From Armatimonadota bacterium (lineage in GTDB: Bacteria; Sysuimicrobiota; Sysuimicrobiia; Sysuimicrobiales; Humicultoraceae): a stretch of DNA of 22,274 nucleotides. A model generated the notes under the pieces. That model was not told where the DNA came from, did no database searches, and worked only from the letters and a program-made list of their open reading frames with translations. Below, one piece after another: positions 17,033-22,274 of this stretch; within the stretch, counting starts at the first letter, position 1, and every line of letters starts with the position of its first letter. A program made the position numbers and the translations under genes. The DNA lies in assembly GCA_037446215.1 (NCBI GenBank), contig JBBIJB010000024.1:8301-30574 (forward strand), given 5' to 3'.

Positions 17033-18013
17033 GTGGCCGGGATCTCCTACCGGGATGCCATCCGCACGACGCTGATCGAGGAGATGGACAAGGACCCCTC
17101 GGTGGTCCTCATGGGTGAGGACATCGGGCTCTACCAGGGGACGTTCCGGATCACCGCGGACCTCCTCGAGCGCTTCGGCAGGCAGCGGGTCATAGACACG
17201 CCGATATCCGAGCTTGGCTTCGTGGGCGCCGCGATCGGCATGGCGATGCTGGGCCTCCGCCCTGTCGTCGAGGTCATGACTTGGAACTTCTCCCTCCTGG
17301 CGCTCGACCAGATCGTCAACAACGCCGCCAAGGTCCGCTACTTCTCCGGAGGACAGGTGGACGTGCCCCTGGTGATAAGGGGTCCCAACGGCGCCGGCGT
17401 TCAGCTCTCTGCCCAGCACTCCCAGAGCCTGGAGGCTCTCTACGCCCACTTCCCGGGGCTGCGGGTGGTGGCGCCGGCCACTCCGGCGGAGGCGACAGGG
17501 CTGCTGCGTACCGCCATAAGGGGAAAGGACCCCGTTATCTACCTCGAGAACGCCGCCCTCTACAGCATGAAGGGCGAGGTGCCGGAGTCCGACCACACGA
17601 TACCGTTTGGATCGGCCGAGGTGGTGAGGCGTGGGAGCGACCTCACCGTCGTCGCCTACAGCAGGATGGTCCACCTCGCACTCGACGCCGCGCGGCGCCT
17701 CGCCGACGAAGGAGTGGAAGCCGAGGTGATCAGCCTGAGGTCGCTGCGCCCCCTCGATGAGCGGACGATCGTGGAGTCGGCGGCTAGGACTCACCGGGCG
17801 GTAGTGGTCCAGGAGCAGTGGCGCCCGTACGGGGCCGCGGCCGAGATCGCGGCAGTAATAGCCGAGGGCGCGTTCGACCTCTTGGACGCGCCGGTGGCAC
17901 GAGTGACGGGAGCAGACGTTCCGATGCCCTATGCGAGGAACCTCGAGCTTTTGGCGCTGCCGACCTCCGACGCAGTAGTCGAGGCGGCAAGGGGCGTCCT
18001 CTACCGGAAGTAG
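17033..18013 (+). CDS. pdhB: Pyruvate dehydrogenase E1 beta subunit
   Basis: MGEDIG, DTPISELGF, EVMTWNF, DQIVNNAAK, RGPNG, AQHSQ, DVPMPYA. GTG start 3 nt after the pdhA stop. Confidence 0.9.
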   Translation: MAGISYRDAIRTTLIEEMDKDPSVVLMGEDIGLYQGTFRITADLLERFGRQRVIDTPISELGFVGAAIGMAMLGLRPVVEVMTWNFSLLALDQIVNNAAKVRYFSGGQVDVPLVIRGPNGAGVQLSAQHSQSLEALYAHFPGLRVVAPATPAEATGLLRTAIRGKDPVIYLENAALYSMKGEVPESDHTIPFGSAEVVRRGSDLTVVAYSRMVHLALDAARRLADEGVEAEVISLRSLRPLDERTIVESAARTHRAVVVQEQWRPYGAAAEIAAVIAEGAFDLLDAPVARVTGADVPMPYARNLELLALPTSDAVVEAARGVLYRK

Positions 18014-18057
18014 GCCCGCGGGCCCGGGCACGCATACCAGAGTCGGAGGCGAAGGCC

Positions 18058-19233
18058 ATGGCCGAGGTGATAATGCCGAAGATGGGTGACGCCATGACCG
18101 AGGGCCGGGTCCTGCGCTGGCTCAAGCAGCCAGGGGATGCGGTCGCCAGGGGCGAGCCGATCGCGGAGATCGAAACCGACAAGGTGAACATCGAGATAGA
18201 GGCCGAGTGGGACGGAACCCTGGCGAAGATAGTCGTGTCCGAGGGAGAGACGGCCGAGGTGGGCGCCACTATCGCCCTGATCGCACGCCCGGGCGAGGCT
18301 CCCAGGGAGGAGGCCGTTGAGATCGCGCCCCCGGCGAAACCGGAAGAAGGACCTGAGGAGGGCGCAGTCCGAGCGTCGCCCCTCGCCAGGCGGCTGGCGC
18401 GGGAGCGAGGCCTCTCGCTTCGGGCGATCGAGGGGACCGGGCCGGGCGGCAGGATCACCAGGTCCGATGTCGAGGCCGCGGGAGAGGACACCGCCCGGCA
18501 GCCCGAAACCGCTGTCCGGGCCCCACGCGGGAAGGCGGTAGACCAGCCTCTCTCACGGATGCGCCAGACGATAGCCCGTCGAATGACGGAGAGCAAGCAG
18601 CAGGCGCCTCACTTCTACCTGACCGTTTCGATCGTGATGGACGCGGCCTTGGAGCTTCGCGACAGGCTCAACGCCGATCTTGCCGACGAGGAGAGGGTTT
18701 CCGTGAACGACCTCGTCGTCCGGGCCTCGGCCCTCGCACTGGCGGCACACCCACAGATCAACGCCTCGCTCGAGGGCTCATCGGTGCGGCTCCACGGCGA
18801 CGTCAACATATCCGTGGCTGTCGCCCTGCCCGAGGGGCTGATAGTACCCACGCTTTACGGGTGTGACCGCAAGCCGCTGCTGCAGATAGCGCGGGAGTCG
18901 CGGGCCCTGGTGGAGCGGGCCCGCGGGGGTCGCCTGAAGCCGGAGGATCTCACCGGAGGGACGTTCACCGTCAGCAACCTGGGGATGTACGACGTCGAGA
19001 CGTTCATCGCCATACTCAACCCGCCCCAGGCGGCGATCCTGGCCGTCGGAGCGGCCGCGCAAAGGGCGGTCGTCAGGGGGGGCGAGATCGTTGCCGGTGC
19101 GGTGATGCAGGCGACCCTCTCCGCCGATCACCGCGTTACGGACGGCGCCCAGGCCGCGGCCTTCCTGCGGGATGTGAAGCGGCTGCTAGAGAACCCGATC
19201 TGGCTAGTAGCGGAGCGCGGCGGGGACGGCTAG
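18058..19233 (+). CDS. pdhC: Dihydrolipoamide acyltransferase (E2), single lipoyl domain
   Basis: Start re-called to ATG 18058 (MAEVIMPKMG) after GGAGG; lipoyl motif ETDKV; E3-binding ASPLARRLA...GTGPGGRIT; catalytic DHRVTDG. Confidence 0.92.
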   Translation: MAEVIMPKMGDAMTEGRVLRWLKQPGDAVARGEPIAEIETDKVNIEIEAEWDGTLAKIVVSEGETAEVGATIALIARPGEAPREEAVEIAPPAKPEEGPEEGAVRASPLARRLARERGLSLRAIEGTGPGGRITRSDVEAAGEDTARQPETAVRAPRGKAVDQPLSRMRQTIARRMTESKQQAPHFYLTVSIVMDAALELRDRLNADLADEERVSVNDLVVRASALALAAHPQINASLEGSSVRLHGDVNISVAVALPEGLIVPTLYGCDRKPLLQIARESRALVERARGGRLKPEDLTGGTFTVSNLGMYDVETFIAILNPPQAAILAVGAAAQRAVVRGGEIVAGAVMQATLSADHRVTDGAQAAAFLRDVKRLLENPIWLVAERGGDG

Positions 19234-19261
19234 AAGACCCGCGGCGCGGGCCTGCGAGCGC

Positions 19262-20164
19262 CTAGTGGACCCGGGTCTCGGCGGCTCCCCCCGGGACCTC
19301 GCAGTACCAGGCCGCGAGCTTCGCGAAGGCGATCAGCTGCGGCAGCCCGCCGCGCACGGCACTCAGGATGCGCTCGGCGGAGTGCACGCCCGCAGACGCC
19401 AGGAGCTGCCAGCGCATCTCCACCTGTGACGCCAGGTGCAGCGCCAGGTCCATCGGGACGAGGCCCGCGTCGGCGATGGGCAGGAAGACCTCCCAGCGGC
19501 GCGCGGGGCGCTCCATGTCGAAGATGTTGAGCATCGCCTTGGCGATCCCGGTGGCCGCGCCCGCGGCGTTGCTGAACCACCCGATCGCCTGGCCAATCCT
19601 CTCGGGATCGCGCGCGACCGGCTCCATGTCCCTTGTGGCAACCTCGAGAACGGCGGCGGACGCCATGATGCGGCTGAGCCGCCATCCGATGCGGATGGGG
19701 TCCAGATACCTGGGCGGTTGCGGAAGGACGTAGCCGGAGGTGGCTGTCACTGCCAGCCCAAGAGATCGGGCCTGCGTTATGGCCTCCCTGGACTCCTCCA
19801 GCAGGGTCGCGCGCTCCGCCTCTATGCGCGCCTTGGATGCCTCGACAAAGGCCCTCCGGCAGGCCGGATCGCTCTCAATCAACAGCGACCCACCCTCGAG
19901 GATCTCATGGATCACAGGGAGGATGTGGGTGTTGAGCGCGAAGGGCATCAGTATGCCGGGCTCCCCGCCCAGGGGGCTCTCGTCGGAGAGATGCTCCATG
20001 TAGTCGCGGATGTCGTCCTCGGAGGCCTTCTCCGGGAAGACCAGCCCGACCTCGATGTCGGTGTCCGGGAAGCTCGGGCCGTTCCCATACCTGCCGTACA
20101 GGTAGACCGCAGCGACCTCGCTGGGCCCGGCGAAGTACTCCCTGAGGGCCGCTATCGCCCGCAC
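19262..20164 (-). CDS. Hypothetical protein: fused MntA-like nucleotidyltransferase and HepT/DUF86-like HEPN domain, both with degenerate active sites
   Basis: GTG start with GGGGGGAG upstream. aa 1-125: AVYLYGR-x10-DIEVGLVF...LN...I..GSLL..D...R..F follows the MntA pattern. aa 153-288: LD..I..RL......D......A..IA......P....EVF..I...GLV...LA..L...MRWQLLA follows the HepT pattern. Confidence 0.7.
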   Translation of the reverse strand: MRAIAALREYFAGPSEVAAVYLYGRYGNGPSFPDTDIEVGLVFPEKASEDDIRDYMEHLSDESPLGGEPGILMPFALNTHILPVIHEILEGGSLLIESDPACRRAFVEASKARIEAERATLLEESREAITQARSLGLAVTATSGYVLPQPPRYLDPIRIGWRLSRIMASAAVLEVATRDMEPVARDPERIGQAIGWFSNAAGAATGIAKAMLNIFDMERPARRWEVFLPIADAGLVPMDLALHLASQVEMRWQLLASAGVHSAERILSAVRGGLPQLIAFAKLAAWYCEVPGGAAETRVH

Positions 20165-20207
20165 GACACTCCCCCCATCCTAGCGACTCTTCCGCCCCGA
20201 CCCAATG

Positions 20208-21629
20208 CTACCCAACCGATCGCGACTCGGGAAGCCCCGGGATCACCCATCCGACCGCCTCCTCGATCACGCGCGCCACGGCCAGGACGAGGCCTTCGCT
20301 GAACTCCCTGCCGGCGAGCTGCACGGCCACGGGCAGTCCGGCCGAGGTGGCCCCGGCCGGCACCACTACGGCGGGAAGCCCTGCCAGGTTGTAGATCCGT
20401 GAGAACCGGCCCAGTCTGCTGCGGATCTCGGGCCAGCCTTCGCCGTCCGGATCTACCTCAGAGATCAGAGGGGCGCCGCCTGGCAGCGCGGGCCCGAGCA
20501 GCACGTCGCACTCCCCTAGGATGTCGGCCAGCTCGGCTCGGACGGCCCTCGCCACCTCTTCCGCGCGGGCCAGCTCATCGGCCGTGAGCCCGGCCCCTCT
20601 CTCCAGCAGGGTCCTGACATCGCGACCGTAGTAGCTCTCCTTGCCCGGATACGCGGCCCGGTGGAAGGCCGCCGCCTCCGCCAGCAGGAGTGCCACCTGT
20701 GCCTGCCCTGCTGCCTCTGCCGTACGCAGGGTGACCGGCCTGACGGTCAGGCCGGCCCTCTCGCAGGCCAGCGCGGCCACTTCCACCGCGGAGGACACGG
20801 CCGGGTCCAGGTCGGCCTCAAACAGCGGGCCTACAAGGCGGCCGACACGCGCGCGCGGCCGGCGAGCCAGGACCGCGGCCTGGTAGGCGTCGACGGGCCG
20901 GCGGCCGCTCGCCGGGTCTTGTGGGTCGAACCCCGCGATCGCCTCGAGCATGAGTGCAACGTCCTCGACCGTCCTGGCTATGGGGCCGACCGTGTCGAAG
21001 GACGAAGCGAGGGGAAGGACTCCGGCTCTGCTGACCCTGCCGAATGTGGGCTTGAGGCCGACGACACCACACAGGGCCGCGGGGATGCGAATCGATCCAC
21101 CGGTGTCGGTGCCCAGGGCGCCCGCGGCCACTCCCGCCGCGACGGCGACCGCGGAACCGCCGCTCGATCCTCCCGCAACGCGGCTCACGTCCCAGGGATT
21201 GCGAGGGGTGCGCCCGTGCGGGTTGACGCTGGTCATCCCCAGGGCGAACTCGTGCAGCGTGGCGGTCCCCAGGACGATCGCCCCGGCGGACTCCAGGCGG
21301 GCGACCACCTGCGCGCTCACGGCCGACGGTGCCTCCTGCAGGAACGAAGTCCCCGCAGTCATCGCGACCCCTTCCACCGCGATGATGTCCTTGATCGCAA
21401 CCGGCACGCCGTGGATAGGGCCCCGGGCTCTCCCTTCTCCCAGTTCCGCGTCACGCGCGCGCGCGGCGGCTAGTGCCCTGTCGGCCAGCAGGCTCACGTA
21501 TGCGCAGACCTCGGGATCTACCGCCTCGATCCGCCGCAGGTAGGCCGACACCACCTCCACGCAGGTCAGCTCACCCTGCCCTATCTGCCGCGCCAGGGCG
21601 GACGCCGACTGGGAGGTTATCTCACACAC
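20208..21629 (-). CDS. Amidase-signature family enzyme (GatA-like fold, substrate unknown)
   Basis: HGVPVAIKD (catalytic Lys), GGSSGGS, GTDTGGSIRIPA, GLKPTFG, GLPVAVQL. Start re-called to GTG 21629, just after the lysC stop; exact start uncertain. Confidence 0.9.
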   Translation of the reverse strand: MCEITSQSASALARQIGQGELTCVEVVSAYLRRIEAVDPEVCAYVSLLADRALAAARARDAELGEGRARGPIHGVPVAIKDIIAVEGVAMTAGTSFLQEAPSAVSAQVVARLESAGAIVLGTATLHEFALGMTSVNPHGRTPRNPWDVSRVAGGSSGGSAVAVAAGVAAGALGTDTGGSIRIPAALCGVVGLKPTFGRVSRAGVLPLASSFDTVGPIARTVEDVALMLEAIAGFDPQDPASGRRPVDAYQAAVLARRPRARVGRLVGPLFEADLDPAVSSAVEVAALACERAGLTVRPVTLRTAEAAGQAQVALLLAEAAAFHRAAYPGKESYYGRDVRTLLERGAGLTADELARAEEVARAVRAELADILGECDVLLGPALPGGAPLISEVDPDGEGWPEIRSRLGRFSRIYNLAGLPAVVVPAGATSAGLPVAVQLAGREFSEGLVLAVARVIEEAVGWVIPGLPESRSVG

Positions 21630-21634
21630 TCCGT

Positions 21635-22123
21635 CTACCCGGTGGGCGCCTCGAGGTCGAAGGCCTTGTGGACCGCACGGACTGCCCGCTCTACGTCTGA
21701 CGCGGCGATCACACATGAGATCTTTATCTCCGAGGTACTGATCATCTGGATGGCGATCCCTTCCCCGGCCAGGACGCCGAACACCGTGGCGGCTACGCCC
21801 GGGTTGCTGATCATCCCCGCTCCAACGACCGAGATCTTCGCGACGTCATCCCCCGCGACGACCTCGCCGCACCCGATCTGCCGGCCAACGGCGGCAGCCA
21901 GCTCCAGGGCGGCGGCCGCATCGGCCTTGGTCACGGTGAAGGAGATGTCCGACCTCTCACTGTGGCCGGCCGCGTGCACTATAACATCCACGTTGACATG
22001 GCGCTCGGCCAGCGCCGAGAACAGCCTGTGGACCGCGCGGGGATCGTCGGGCAGGTCCCGGATCGTGATCCTCGCCACGTTCCTGTCGTGTGCGACACCT
22101 GTGACCAGACGCACGCGCTCCAC
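21635..22123 (-). CDS. Probable aspartate kinase beta (regulatory) subunit from an in-frame internal start, 162 aa
   Basis: GGAGGAGG (22139-22132) lies 8 nt before an in-frame GTG at 22123, giving MERVRLVTGVAHD at the kinase/ACT boundary. Confidence 0.65.
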   Translation of the reverse strand: MERVRLVTGVAHDRNVARITIRDLPDDPRAVHRLFSALAERHVNVDVIVHAAGHSERSDISFTVTKADAAAALELAAAVGRQIGCGEVVAGDDVAKISVVGAGMISNPGVAATVFGVLAGEGIAIQMISTSEIKISCVIAASDVERAVRAVHKAFDLEAPTG

Positions 22124-22274
22124 CTCAGGTACCTCCTCCACCACCGTCCCCGGCTCCTGGTCCCAGGTCGAGCGGACGTGCAGCCGGACCCCGTAGGACT
22201 TCGCGTACTCCACCGATCTAGTCTGCAGCACAACCGCGCCGCCGCTGGCCATCTCGAGCATCTCATCGTAGGAG
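21635..22274 (-). CDS. lysC: Aspartate kinase, C-terminal part with two ACT domains (5' end outside the window)
   Basis: SYDEMLEMASGGAVVLQTRSVEYA, VRST, GT, NVDVI, ISFTV, AKISVVGAGM..NPGVAA, ISTSEIKISC. The frame is open to the right edge. Confidence 0.95.
   Translation of the reverse strand, partial: SYDEMLEMASGGAVVLQTRSVEYAKSYGVRLHVRSTWDQEPGTVVEEVPEVERVRLVTGVAHDRNVARITIRDLPDDPRAVHRLFSALAERHVNVDVIVHAAGHSERSDISFTVTKADAAAALELAAAVGRQIGCGEVVAGDDVAKISVVGAGMISNPGVAATVFGVLAGEGIAIQMISTSEIKISCVIAASDVERAVRAVHKAFDLEAPTG

Noticed and set aside
20208..21629. Calling the amidase gatA
   Set aside because: No gatB or gatC nearby, and only generic amidase-signature motifs are visible.
241..22196. Numerous long antisense or alternate-frame ORFs (e.g. 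241-1515, 2473-4071, 12584-13903, 16277-18031)
   Set aside because: They lie opposite or within well-supported genes, have no recognisable motifs, and are expected in high-GC DNA with few stop codons.

Overview
High-GC bacterial chromosomal segment, densely coding, mostly central metabolism and cofactor genes; no RNA genes, CRISPR array or mobile element can be supported. Left, on the minus strand: dinB-like gene, then a complex I Q-module cassette with its own sigma70-type promoter in the scrambled order nuoB-nuoD-nuoI-nuoC (no nuoA, nuoH, nuoJ-N or nuoEFG in the window), a 13-bp hairpin, a Tat-exported sulfite-oxidase-family molybdoenzyme, lpdA, lipA and the N-terminus of a probable MoeB/ThiF protein running off the edge. 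Middle: split transketolase (+), then sufC-sufB-sufD-Rieske ferredoxin-sufS-sufU (-) with an IscR/Rrf2-like operator over its promoter, and an adenosine-deaminase-family gene (-) divergent from pdhABC (+). Right, on the minus strand: lysC (partial, with a probable nested beta-subunit start), an amidase, and a 300-aa ORF that looks like a fusion of an MntA-like nucleotidyltransferase and a HepT-like HEPN domain, both with degenerate catalytic motifs. The two most unusual items are this MNT-HEPN fusion and the stand-alone nuoBDIC cassette. All calls come from motif recognition by eye; no database searches were run.
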